Shown piece by piece: positions 40,201 through 53,695 of a stretch of DNA of 64,000 bases (within the stretch, counting starts at the first letter, position 1; the number at the start of each line of letters is the position of its first letter). The stretch covers positions 15,004,001 to 15,068,000 of the forward strand of contig OZ059896.1 in NCBI GenBank assembly GCA_964057225.1, read 5' to 3'. The stretch is from Auanema rhodensis. Its lineage: Eukaryota > Animalia > Nematoda. Position numbers and translations under genes: made by a program. The notes beneath the pieces are model-generated. The model was given only the letters and a program-made list of their open reading frames with translations. It made no database searches and was not told the origin of the DNA.

Positions 40201-43200
40201 CCGAAGTGAATGTCAATAACTACTATAATCTATATTGAAAATCGAAAAAAGAAAAGAAACTCCGTCGAGCCTAACTTCTACAATCCTCCGCTCTACCAAC
40301 TGAGCTATCGACGGAACGAAGCTGTTGTTTTCAGAGGTTATTGTCAATAACTGCTATAATCAATATTTTAAATGGAACAAAAAGAAAAGAAACTCCGTCG
40401 AGCCGGATTCGAACCACCGACCTAAGGATATCTACACTTCTACAGTCCTCCGCTCTACCAACTGAGCTATCGACGGAACGAATCTGTTGTTTTCCGAAGT
40501 GAATGTCAATAACTACTATAATCTATATTGAAAATCGAAAAAAGAAAAGAAACTCCGTCGAGCCTAACTTCTACAATCCTCCGCTCTACCAACTGAGCTA
40601 TCGACGGAACGAATCTGTTGTTTTCAGAGGTTATTGTCAATAACTGATATCTACACTTCTACAGTCCTCCGCTCTACCAACTGAGCTATCGACGGAACGA
40701 ATCTGTTGTTTTCCAAAGTGATTGTCAATAACTACTATAATCTATATTGAAAATCGAAAAAAGAAAAGAAACTCCGTCGAGCCTAACTTCTACAATCCTC
40801 CGCTCTACCAACTGAGCTATCGACGGAACGAAGCTGTTGTTTTCAGAGGTTATTGTCAATAACTGCTATAATCAATATTTTAAATGGAAGAAAAAGAAAA
40901 GAAACTCCGTCGAGCCGGATTCGAACCAGCGACCTAAGGATATCTACACTTCTACAGTCCTCCGCTCTACCAACTGAGCTATCGACGGAACGAATCTGTT
41001 GTTTTCCAAAGTGATTGTCAATAACTACTATAATCTATATTGAAAATCGAAAAAAGAAAAGAAACTCCGTCGAGCCTAACTTCTACAATCCTCCGCTCTA
41101 CCAACTGAGCTATCGACGGAACGAAGCTGTTGTTTTCAGAGGTTATTGTCAATAACTGCTATAATCAATATTTTAAATGGAAGAAAAAGAAAAGAAACTC
41201 CGTTGAGCCGGATTCGAACCAGCGACCTAAGGATATCTACACTTCTACAGTCCTCCGCTCTAACAACTGAGCTATCGACGGAACGAATCTGTTGTTTTCA
41301 GAGGTTATTGTCAATAACTGCTATAATCAATATTTTAAATGGAAGAAAAAGAAAAGAAACTCCGTCGAGCCGGATTCGAACCAGCGACCTAAGGATATCT
41401 ACACTTCTACAGTCCTCCGCTCTACCAACTGAGCTATCGACGGAACGAATCTGTTGTTTTCCGAAGTGATTGTCAATAACTACTATAATCTATATTGAAA
41501 ATCGAAAAAAGAGAAGAAACTCCATCGAGCCTAACTTCTACAATCCTCCGCTCTACCAACTGAGCTATCGACGGAACGAATCTGTTCTTTTCAGAGGTTA
41601 TTGTCAATAACTGCTATAATCAATATTTTAAATGGGAGAAAAAGAAAAGAAACTCCGTCGAGCCGGATTCGAACCAGCGACCTAAGGATATCTACACTTC
41701 TACAGTCCTCCGCTCTACCAACTGAGCTATCGACGGAACGAATCTGTTGTTTTCAGAGGTTATTGTCAATAACTGATATCTACACTTCTACAGTCCTCCG
41801 CTCTACCAACTGAGCTATCGACGGAACGAATCTGTTGTTTTCCGAAGTGAATGTCAATAACTACTATAATCTATATTGAAAATCGAAAAAAGAAAAGAAA
41901 CTCCGTCGAGCCTAACTTCTACAATCCTCCGCTCTACCAACTGAGCTATCGACGGAACGAATCTGTTGTTTTCAGAGGTTATTGTCAATAACTGATATCT
42001 ACACTTCTACAGTCCTTCGCTCTACCAACTGAGCTATCGACGGAACGAATCTGTTGTTTTCCGAAGTGAATGTCAATAACTACTATAATCTATATTGAAA
42101 ATCGAAAAAAGAAAAGAAACTCCGTCGAGCCTAACTTCTACAATCCTCCGCTCTACCAACTGAGCTATCGACGGAACGAATCTGTTGTTTTCCGAAGTGA
42201 ATGTCAATAACTACTATAATCTATATTGAAAATCGAAAAAAGAAAAGAAACTCCGTCGAGCCTAACTTCTACAATCCTCCGCTCTACCAACTGAGCTATC
42301 GACGGAACGAATCTGTTGTTTTCCGAAGTGAATGTCAATAACTACTATAATCTATATTGAAAATCGAAAAAAGAAAAGAAACTCCGTCGAGCCTAACTTC
42401 TACAATCCTCCGCTCTACCAACTGAGCTATCGACGGAACGAAGCTGTTGTTTTCAGAGGTTATTGTCAATAACTGCTATAATCAATATTTTAAATGGAAC
42501 AAAAAGAAAAGAAACTCCGTCGAGCCGGATTCGAACCAGCGACCTAAGGATATCTACACTTCTACAGTCCTCCGCTCTACCAACTGAGCTATCGACGGAA
42601 CGAATCTGTTGTTTTCAGAGGTTATTGTCAATAACTGCTATAGTCAATATTTTAAAGGGAAGAAAAAGAAAAGAAACTCCGTCGAGCCGGATTCGAACCA
42701 GCGACCTAAGGATATCTACACTTCTACAGTCCTCCGCTCTACCAACTGAGCTATCGACGGAACGAATCTGTTGTTTTCCAAAGTGATTGTCAATAACTAC
42801 TATAATCTATATTGAAAATCGAAAAAAGAAAAGAAACTCCGTCGAGCCTAACTTCTACAATCCTCCGCTCTACCAACTGAGCTATCGACGGAACGAAGCT
42901 GTTGTTTTCAGAGGTTATTGTCAATAACTGCTATAATCAATATTTTAAATGGAAGAAAAAGAAAAGAAACTCCGTTGAGCCGGATTCGAACCAGCGACCT
43001 AAGGATATCTACACTTCTACAGTCCTCCGCTCTAACAACTGAGCTATCGACGGAACGAATCTGTTGTTTTCAGAGGTTATTGTCAATAACTGCTATAATC
43101 AATATTTTAAATGGAACAATAAGAAAAGAAACTCCGTCGAGCCGGATTCGAACCAGCGACCTAAGGATATCTACACTTCTACAGTCCTCCGCTCTACCAA

Positions 43201-45321
43201 CTGAGCTATCGACGGAACGAATCTGTTGTTTTCAGAGGTTATTGTCAATAACTGCTATAGTCAATATTTTAAAGGGAAGAAAAAGAAAAGAAACTCCGTC
43301 GAGCCGGATTCGAACCAGCGACCTAAGGATATCTACACTTCTACAGTCCTCCGCTCTACCAACTGAGCTATCGACGGAACGAATCTGTTGTTTTCCAAAG
43401 TGATTGTCAATAACTACTATAATCTATATTGAAAATCGAAAAAAGAAAAGAAACTCCGTCGAGCCTAACTTCTACAATCCTCCGCTCTACCAACTGAGCT
43501 ATCGACGGAACGAAGCTGTTGTTTTCAGAGGTTATTGTCAATAACTGCTATAATCAATATTTTAAATGGGAGAAAAAGAAAAGAAACTCCGTCGAGCCGG
43601 ATTCGAACCAGCGACCTAAGGATATCTACACTTCTACAGTCCTCCGCTCTACCAACTGAGCTATCGACGGAACGAATCTGTTGTTTTCAGAGGTTATTGT
43701 CAATAACTGCTATAGTCAATATTTTAAAGGGAAGAAAAAGAAAAGAAACTCCGTCGAGCCGGATTCGAACCAGCGACCTAAGGATATCTACACTTCTACA
43801 GTCCTCCGCTCTACCAACTGAGCTATCGACGGAACGAATCTGTTGTTTTCCAAAGTGATTGTCAATAACTACTATAATCTATATTGAAAATCGAAAAAAG
43901 AAAAGAAACTCCGTCGAGCCTAACTTCTACAATCCTCCGCTCTACCAACTGAGCTATCGACGGAACGAATCTGTTGTTTTCAGAGGTTATTGTCAATAAC
44001 TGCTATAATCAATATTTTAAATGGAACAATAAGAAAAGAAACTCCGTCGAGCCGGATTCGAACCAGCGACCTAAGGATATCTACACTTCTACAGTCCTCC
44101 GCTCTACCAACTGAGCTATCGACGGAACGAAGCTGTTGTTTTCAGAGGTTATTGTCAATAACTGCTATAATCAATATTTTAAATGGAAGAAAAAGAAAAG
44201 AAACTCCGTTGAGCCGGATTCGAACCAGCGACCTAAGGATATCTACACTTCTACAGTCCTCCGCTCTAACAACTGAGCTATCGACGGAACGAATCTGTTG
44301 TTTTCAGAGGTTATTGTCAATAACTGCTATAATCAATATTTTAAATGGAAGAAAAAGAAAAGAAACTCCGTCGAGCCGGATTCGAACCAGCGACCTAAGG
44401 ATATCTACACTTCTACAGTCCTCCGCTCTACCAACTGAGCTATCGACGGAACGAATCTGTTGTTTTCCGAAGTGATTGTCAATAACTACTATAATCTATA
44501 TTGAAAATCGAAAAAAGAGAAGAAACTCCGTCGAGCCTAACTTCTACAATCCTCCGCTCTACCAACTGAGCTATCGACGGAACGAATCTGTTCTTTTCAG
44601 AGGTTATTGTCAATAACTGCTATAATCAATATTTTAAATGGGAGAAAAAGAAAAGAAACTCCGTCGAGCCGGATTCGAACCAGCGACCTAAGGATATCTA
44701 CACTTCTACAGTCCTCCGCTCTACCAACTGAGCTATCGACGGAACGAATCTGTTGTTTTCAGAGGTTATTGTCAATAACTGATATCTACACTTCTACAGT
44801 CCTCCGCTCTACCAACTGAGCTATCGACGGAACGAATCTGTTGTTTTCCGAAGTGAATGTCAATAACTACTATAATCTATATTGAAAATCGAAAAAAGAA
44901 AAGAAACTCCGTCGAGCCTAACTTCTACAATCCTCCGCTCTACCAACTGAGCTATCGACGGAACGAATCTGTTGTTTTCAGAGGTTATTGTCAATAACTG
45001 ATATCTACACTTCTACAGTGCTCTGCTCTACCAACTGAGCTATCGACGGAACGAATCTGTTGTTTTCCAAAGTGAATGTCAATAACTACTATAATCTATA
45101 TTGAAAATCGAAAAAAGAAAAGAAACTCCGTCGAGCCTAACTTCTACAATCCTCCGCTCTACCAACTGAGCTATCGACGGAACGAAGCTGTTGTTTTCAG
45201 AGGTTATTGTCAATAACTGCTATAATCAATATTTTAAATGGAAGAAGAAGAAAAAAAACTCCGTCGAGCCGGATTCGAACCAGCGACCTAAGGATATCTA
45301 CACTTCTACAGTGCTCCGCTC
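10248..45321 (-). repeat. tRNA-Tyr(GTA) tandem array, segment 2 (~35 kb, higher-order repeats)
   Basis: Same three monomers uninterrupted between the LTR element and the Merlin insertion. Confidence 0.97.
13554..13636 (-). tRNA. Variant copy with GTG (His) anticodon on a tRNA-Tyr body; probably a pseudogene
   Basis: cttcCacag at 13601 instead of cttcTacag; also carries G71T and C62T. Confidence 0.7.
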
Positions 45322-45391
45322 GGCGCTTTTTCCGTTTCTATACCCCCCGATTTTAGCCCCGCCCCTTCTGCCGTTGGGCGCATACTTTTCT
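45322..45391 (+). repeat. Merlin left TIR
   Basis: Reverse complement of 46600-46669 with 3 mismatches. Confidence 0.93.
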
Positions 45392-45461
45392 TAAATGTGA
45401 AAACAATATGAAATACGGCGAAACTTTATACAAATTCATTATGAACATTATTAAATACAGA

Positions 45462-46388
45462 TTAACAAGCTTGAATTTCTTCCTGGATAAATTCAACAAT
45501 ATCATTAAAAATACATTCAAAAAGGTCCCTGTTAGCATTTCTTCTACGCCACATAAACTCACAGAGGTAACCATCTAACATATTTTGATGTACCCCATGC
45601 ATGCGATTGAATTTAGCTTTAGCTAAACTCCACAGGCCTTCAATCATATTGGTATTAGCTCCACTCTCGGGATCAGTGAAGTTATATCTATGATTGACTG
45701 TTAAATGCCTATAGTCTTGTAAAAGACTATCAATACCCCCATATGATCTCCAACAATCACTGATTATGGTGCTTTCGCGCTCAATACAGTTAATAATACA
45801 ACTGTTTAGAGTTTCTGCACTTCTATTAGGAACAGCATATAAAAAACAATCCCTGTTTCCTTGCATACCCCTCCGAACACCCATTGCGCTGGCTTAATCC
45901 TACCCACATTAAATTTTCTACGAGAAACTAACGTTTCATCGATTTCAACAGTTAAATTAGGACCTCCAATCTTTAGAGGATGCTTCAAAATATTAAACGC
46001 GCAAACTTCTCTCATGAAGTTATTATAATCGACGACTGTTTTGCATGATCCTATTCTTAACTCATCTTGACAGAACTTGACAGTGGTGTACTCCTTGCTC
46101 CAGCAGTAAACAAAAAGTATGAACTTGGTATATCCACATTTTGAGCCTAAAATATTGGTTTTGATAATATATAGATTTTAACTTTATACCTTGTAGAAAT
46201 GTTCCATTTTTTATTAGAATTTCCCTTCTACAGTCTCTTCTGGTACATCTCCACTTATTTCGAACAGTTGAAAGAGTCATCTGTCTTGAACATCGGTCAC
46301 ATTCTTTAGTTTGAGGGATTACGCCCTTTTCTTGTAGGAATTGAATAGCATCAGCTTCAGTACGAAGTTTTTCTTTTAGAGCGAACAT
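45462..46388 (-). pseudogene. Merlin transposase, one intron (46147-46189), 1-nt frameshift near 45851
   Basis: N-terminal Zn ribbon (CDRC...WRC...C); the spliced frame continues QG|SKCGYTKF...KIGG...VEIDET...QWVFGG; after the frameshift IISDCW, HLTVNH, TNMIEGLW, YLCEFMWR. ACA GGG AT lacks one G relative to ETG-DCF. Confidence 0.9.
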
Positions 46389-46599
46389 TTAGACAACGTA
46401 TGGTTGATAATGTAGATGCAATGACCAATAATGATTCAGTTTTTGTATCATAATATATTCAAATTTTATTATACTTATTACAGCCATTTACAATGTATTT
46501 TACTCTCTCATAATTTATTATTAATCTGTTGAAATATTATAACCCCATTGGGGGGAAACCCCCCCAAACCCCCCGTTTTAGGAAGGGAAGCCTAATGGT

Positions 46600-46669
46600 A
46601 GAAAAGTATGCGCCCAACGGCAAAAGGGGCGGGGCTAAAATCGGGGGGTATAGAAACGGAAAAAGAACC
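46600..46669 (-). repeat. Merlin right TIR
   Basis: Reverse complement of 45322-45391. Confidence 0.93.
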
Positions 46670-49600
46670 CTCCGCTCTACCAACTGAGCTATCGACGGAA
46701 CGAATCTGTTGTTTTCCGAAGTGATTGTCAATAACTATTATAATCAATATTAAAAAAAAAAAGAAAAGAAACTCCGTTGAGCCGGATTCGAACCAGCGAC
46801 CTAAGGATATCTACACTTCTACAGTCCTCCGCTCTACCAACTGAGCTATCGACGGAACGAATCTGTTGTTTTCAGAGGTTATTGTCAATAACTGATATCT
46901 ACACTTCTACAGTCCTCCGCTCTACCAACTGAGCTATCGACGGAACGAATCTGTTGTTTTCCAAAGTGATTGTCAATAACTACTATAATCTATATTGAAA
47001 ATCGAAAAAAGAAAAGAAACTCCGTCGAGCCTAACTTCTACAATCCTCCGCTCTACCAACTGAGCTATCGACGGAACGAAGCTGTTGTTTTCAGAGGTTA
47101 TTGTCAATAACTGCTATAATCAATATTTTAAATGGAACAAAAAGAAAAGAAACTCCGTCGAGCCGGATTCGAACCAGCGACCTAAGGATATCTACACTTC
47201 TACAGTCCTCCGCTCTACCAACTGAGCTATCGACGGAACGAATCTGTTGTTTTCAGAGGTTATTGTCAATAACTGCTATAGTCAATATTTTAAAGGGAAG
47301 AAAAAGAAAAGAAACTCCGTCGAGCCGGATTCGAACCAGCGACCTAAGGATATCTACACTTCTACAGTCCTCCGCTCTACCAACTGAGCTATCGACGGAA
47401 CGAATCTGTTGTTTTCAGAGGTTATTGTCAATAACTGCTATAGTCAATATTTTAAAGGGAAGAAAAAGAAAAGAAACTCCGTCGAGCCGGATTCGAACCA
47501 GCGACCTAAGGATATCTACACTTCTACAGTCCTCCGCTCTACCAACTGAGCTATCGACGGAACGAATCTGTTGTTTTCAGAGGTTATTGTCAATAACTGC
47601 TATAGTCAATATTTTAAAGGGAAGAAAAAGAAAAGAAACTCCGTCGAGCCGGATTCGAACCAGCGACCTAAGGATATCTACACTTCTACAGTCCTCCGCT
47701 CTACCAACTGAGCTATCGACGGAACGAATCTGTTGTTTTCAGAGGTTATTGTCAATAACTGCTATAATCAATATTTTAAATGGAAGAAAAAGAAAAGAAA
47801 CTCCGTCGAGCCGGATTCGAACCAGCGACCTAAGGATATCTACACTTCTACAGTCCTCCGCTCTACCAACTGAGCTATCGACGGAACGAATCTGTTGTTT
47901 TCAGAGGTTATTGTCAATAACTGATATCTACACTTCTACAGTCCTCCGCTCTACCAACTGAGCTATCGACGGAACGAATCTGTTGTTTTCCAAAGTGATT
48001 GTCAATAACTACTATAATCTATATTGAAAATCGAAAAAAGAAAAGAAACTCCGTCGAGCCTAACTTCTACAATCCTCCGCTCTACCAACTGAGCTATCGA
48101 CGGAACGAAGCTGTTGTTTTCAGAGGTTATTGTCAATAACTGCTATAATCAATATTTTAAATGGAACAAAAAGAAAAGAAACTCCGTCGAGCCGGATTCG
48201 AACCAGCGACCTAAGGATATCTACACTTCTACAGTCCTCCGCTCTACCAACTGAGCTATCGACGGAACGAATTTGTTGTTTTCAGAGGTTATTGTCAATA
48301 ACTGCTATAGTCAATATTTTAAAGGGAAGAAAAAAAAAAGAAACTCCGTCGAGCCGGATTCGAACCAGCGACCTAAGGATATCTACACTTCTACAGTCCT
48401 CCGCTCTACCAACTGAGCTATCGACGGAACGAATCTGTTGTTTTCAGAGGTTATTGTCAATAACTGCTATAGTCAATATTTTAAATGGAAGAAAAAGAAA
48501 AGAAACTCCGTCGAGCCGGATTCGAACCAGCGACCTAAGGATATCTACACTTCTACAGTCCTCCGCTCTACCAACTGAGCTATCGACGGAACGAATCTGT
48601 TGTTTTCAGAGGTTATTGTCAATAACTGCTATAGTCAATATTTTAAATGGAAGAAAAAGAAAAGAAACTCCGTCGAGACGGATTGGAATCAGCGACCTAA
48701 GGATATCTACACTTCTACAGTCCTCCGCTCTACCAACTGAGCTATCGACGGAACGAATCTGTTGTTTTCAGAGGTTATTGTCAATAACTGCTATAGTCAA
48801 TATTTTAAAGGGAAGAAAAAGAAAAGAAACTCCGTCGAGCCGGATTCGAACCAGCGACCTAAGGATATCTACACTTCTACAGTCCTCCGCTCTACCAACT
48901 GAGCTATCGACGGAACGAACCTGTTGTTTTCAGAGGTTATTGTCAATAACTGACATCTACACTTCTTCAGTGCTCTGCTCTACCAACTGAGCTATCGACG
49001 GAACGAATCTGTTGTTTTCCAAAGTGAATGTCAATAACTACTATAATCTATATTGAAAATCGAAAAAAGAAAAGAAACTCCGTCGAGCCTAACTTCTACA
49101 ATCCTCCGCTCTACCAACTGAGCTATCGACGGAACGAAGCTGTTGTTTTCAGAGGTTATTGTCAATAACTGCTATAATCAATATTTTAAATGGAACAAAA
49201 AGAAAAGAAACTCCGTCGAGCCGGATTCGAACCAGCGACCTAAGGATATCTCCACTTCTACAGTCCTCCGCTCTACCAACTGAGCTATCGACGGAACGAA
49301 TCTGTTGTTTTCAGAGGTTTTTGTCAATAACTGCTATAATCAATATTTTAAATGGGAGAAAAAGAAAAGAAACTCCGTCGAGCCGGATTCGAACCAGCGA
49401 CCTAAGGATATCTACACTTCTACAGTCCTCCGCTCTACCAACTGAGCTATCGACGGAACGAATCTGTTGTTTTCAGAGGTTATTGTCAATAACTGCTATA
49501 ATCAATATTTTAAATGGAACAAAAAGAAAAGAAACTCCGTCGAGCCGGATTCGAACCAGCGACCTAAGGATATCTCCACTTCTACAGTCCTCCGCTCTAC

Positions 49601-52600
49601 CAACTGAGCTATCGACGGAACGAAGCTGTTGTTTTCAGAGGTTATTGTCAATAACTGCTATAATCAATATTTTAAATGGAACAAAAAGAAAAGAAACTCC
49701 GTCGAGCCGGATTCGAACCAGCGACCTAAGGATATCTACACTTCTACAGTCCTCCGCTCTACCAACTGAGCTATCGACGGAACGAATCTGTTGTTTTCAG
49801 AGGTTATTGTCAATAACTGCTATAGTCAATATTTTAAAGGGAAGAAAAAGAAAAGAAACTCCGTCGAGCCGGATTCGAACCAGCGACCTAAGGATATCTA
49901 CACTTCTACAGTCCTCCGCTCTACCAACTGAGCTATCGACGGAACGAATCTGTTGTTTTCAGAGGTTATTGTCAATAACTGCTATAATCAATATTTTAAA
50001 TGGAAGAAAAAGAAAAGAAACTCCGTCGAGCCGGATTCGAACCAGCGACCTAAGGATATCTACACTTCTACAGTCCTCCGCTCTACCAACTGAGCTATCG
50101 ACGGAACGAATCTGTTGTTTTCAGAGGTTATTGTCAATAACTGATATCTACACTTCTACAGTCCTCCGCTCTACCAACTGAGCTATCGACGGAACGAATC
50201 TGTTGTTTTCCAAAGTGATTGTCAATAACTACTATAATCTATATTGAAAATCGAAAAAAGAAAAGAAACTCCGTCGAGCCTAACTTCTACAATCCTCCGC
50301 TCTACCAACTGAGCTATCGACGGAACGAAGCTGTTGTTTTCAGAGGTTATTGTCAATAACTGCTATAATCAATATTTTAAATGGAAGAAAAAGAAAAGAA
50401 ACTCCGTCGAGCCGGATTCGAACCAGCGACCTAAGGATATCTACACTTCTACAGTCCTCCGCTCTACCAACTGAGCTATCGACGGAACGAATTTGTTGTT
50501 TTCAGAGGTTATTGTCAATAACTGCTATAGTCAATATTTTAAAGGGAAGAAAAAAAAAAGAAACTCCGTCGAGCCGGATTCGAACCAGCGACCTAAGGAT
50601 ATCTACACTTCTACAGTCCTCCGCTCTACCAACTGAGCTATCGACGGAACGAATCTGTTGTTTTCCAAAGTGATTGTCAATAACTACTATAATCTATATT
50701 GAAAATTGAAAAAAGAAAAGAAACTCCGTCGAGCCTAACTTCTACAATCCTCCGCTCTACCAACTGAGCTATCGACGGAACGAAGCTGTTGTTTTCAGAG
50801 GTTATTGTCAATAACTGCTATAATCAATATTTTAAATGGAACAAAAAGAAAAGAAACTCCGTCGAGCCGGATTCGAACCAGCGACCTAAGGATATCTACA
50901 CTTCTACAGTCCTCCGCTCTACCAACTGAGCTATCGACGGAACGAATTTGTTGTTTCCAGAGGTTATTGTCAATAACTGCTATAGTCAATATTTTGAAGG
51001 GAAGAAAAAAAAAAGAAACTCCGTCGAGCAGGATTCGAACCAGCGACCTAAGGATATCTACACTTCTACAGTCCTCCGCTCTACCAACTGAGCTATCGAC
51101 GGAACGAATCTGTTGTTTTCAGAGGTTATTGTCAATAACTGCTATAGTCAATATTTTAAATGGAAGAAAAAGAAAAGAAACTCCGTCGAGACGGATTGGA
51201 ATCAGCGACCTAAGGATATCTACACTTCTACAGTCCTCCGCTCTACCAACTGAGCTATCGACGGAACGAATCTGTTGTTTTCAGAGGTTATTGTCAATAA
51301 CTGCTATAGTCAATATTTTAAAGGGAAGAAAAAGAAAAGAAACTCCGTCGAGCCGGATTCGAACCAGCGACCTAAGGATATCTACACTTCTACAGTCCTC
51401 CGCTCTACCAACTGAGCTATCGACGGAACGAACCTGTTGTTTTCAGAGGTTATTGTCAATAACTGACATCTACACTTCTTCAGTGCTCTGCTCTACCAAC
51501 TGAGCTATCGACGGAACGAATCTGTTGTTTTCAGAGGTTTTTGTCAATAACTGCTATAATCAATATTTTAAATGGGAGAAAAAGAAAAGAAACTCCGTCG
51601 AGCCGGATTCGAACCAGCGACCTAAGGATATCTACACTTCTACAGTCCTCCGCTCTACCAACTGAGCTATCGACGGAACGAATTTGTTGTTTTCAGAGGT
51701 TATTGTCAATAACTGCTATAGTCAATATTTTAAAGGGAAGAAAAAAAAAAGAAACTCCGTCGAGCCGGATTCGAACCAGCGACCTAAGGATATCTACACT
51801 TCTACAGTCCTCCGCTCTACCAACTGAGCTATCGACGGAACGAATCTGTTGTTTTCAGAGGTTATTGTCAATAACTGATATCTACACTTCTACAGTCCTC
51901 CGCTCTACCAACTGAGCTATCGACGGAACGAATCTGTTGTTTTCCAAAGTGATTGTCAATAACTACTATAATCTATATTGAAAATCGAAAAAAGAAAAGA
52001 AACTCCGTCGAGCCTAACTTCTACAATCCTCCGCTCTACCAACTGAGCTATCGACGGAACGAAGCTGTTGTTTTCAGAGGTTATTGTCAATAACTGCTAT
52101 AATCAATATTTTAAATGGAACAAAAAGAAAAGAAACTCCGTCGAGCCGGATTCGAACCAGCGACCTAAGGATATCTACACTTCTACAGTCCTCCGCTCTA
52201 CCAACTGAGCTATCGACGGAACGAATTTGTTGTTTTCAGAGGTTATTGTCAATAACTGCTATAGTCAATATTTTAAAGGGAAGAAAAAAAAAAGAAACTC
52301 CGTCGAGCCGGATTCGAACCAGCGACCTAAGGATATCTACACTTCTACAGTCCTCCGCTCTACCAACTGAGCTATCGACGGAACGAATCTGTTGTTTTCA
52401 GAGGTTATTGTCAATAACTGCTATAGTCAATATTTTAAATGGAAGAAAAAGAAAAGAAACTCCGTCGAGCCGGATTCGAACCAGCGACCTAAGGATATCT
52501 ACACTTCTACAGTCCTCCGCTCTACCAACTGAGCTATCGACGGAACGAATCTGTTGTTTTCAGAGGGTATTGTCAATAACTGCTATAGTCAATATTTTAA

Positions 52601-53695
52601 ATGGAAGAAAAAGAAAAGAAACTCCGTCGAGCCGGATTCGAACCAGCGACCTAAGGATATCTACACTTCTACAGTCCTCCGCTCTACCAACTGAGCTATC
52701 GACGGAACGAATCTGTTGTTTTCAGAGGTTATTGTCAATAACTGCTATAGTCAATATTTTAAATGGAAGAAAAAGAAAAGAAACTCCGTCGAGACGGATT
52801 GGAATCAGCGACCTAAGGATATCTACACTTCTACAGTCCTCCGCTCTACCAACTGAGCTATCGACGGAACGAATCTGTTGTTTTCAGAGGTTATTGTCAA
52901 TAACTGCTATAGTCAATATTTTAAAGGGAAGAAAAAGAAAAGAAACTCCGTCGAGCCGGATTCGAACCAGCGACCTAAGGATATCTACACTTCTACAGTC
53001 CTCCGCTCTACCAACTGAGCTATCGACGGAACGAACCTGTTGTTTTCAGAGGTTATTGTCAATAACTGACATCTACACTTCTTCAGTGCTCTGCTCTACC
53101 AACTGAGCTATCGACGGAACGAATCTGTTGTTTTCCAAAGTGAATGTCAATAACTACTATAATCTATATTGAAAATCGAAAAAAGAAAAGAAACTCCGTC
53201 GAGCCTAACTTCTACAATCCTCCGCTCTACCAACTGAGCTATCGACGGAACGAAGCTGTTGTTTTCAGAGGTTATTGTCAATAACTGCTATAATCAATAT
53301 TTTAAATGGAACAAAAAGAAAAGAAACTCCGTCGAGCCGGATTCGAACCAGCGACCTAAGGATATCTCCACTTCTACAGTCCTCCGCTCTACCAACTGAG
53401 CTATCGACGGAACGAATCTGTTGTTTTCAGAGGTTTTTGTCAATAACTGCTATAATCAATATTTTAAATGGGAGAAAAAGAAAAGAAACTCCGTCGAGCC
53501 GGATTCGAACCAGCGACCTAAGGATATCTACACTTCTACAGTCCTCCGCTCTACCAACTGAGCTATCGACGGAACGAATCTGTTGTTTTCAGAGGTTATT
53601 GTCAATAACTGATATCTACACTTCTACAGTCCTCCGCTCTACCAACTGAGCTATCGACGGAACGAATCTGTTGTTTTCCAAAGTGATTGTCAATA
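46670..53695 (-). repeat. tRNA-Tyr(GTA) tandem array, segment 3 (rich in full-length A units)
   Basis: Same monomers between the Merlin and LINE insertions. Confidence 0.97.

Larger units (their letters stand above)
45322..46669 (-). mobile_element. Merlin (IS1016/IS1595-like) DNA transposon, 1348 bp, inserted into a tRNA-Tyr copy
   Basis: 70-bp TIRs with GG...CC termini, 8-bp TSD CTCCGCTC (45314-45321 and 46670-46677), IS1595-family DDE transposase. Confidence 0.95.
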
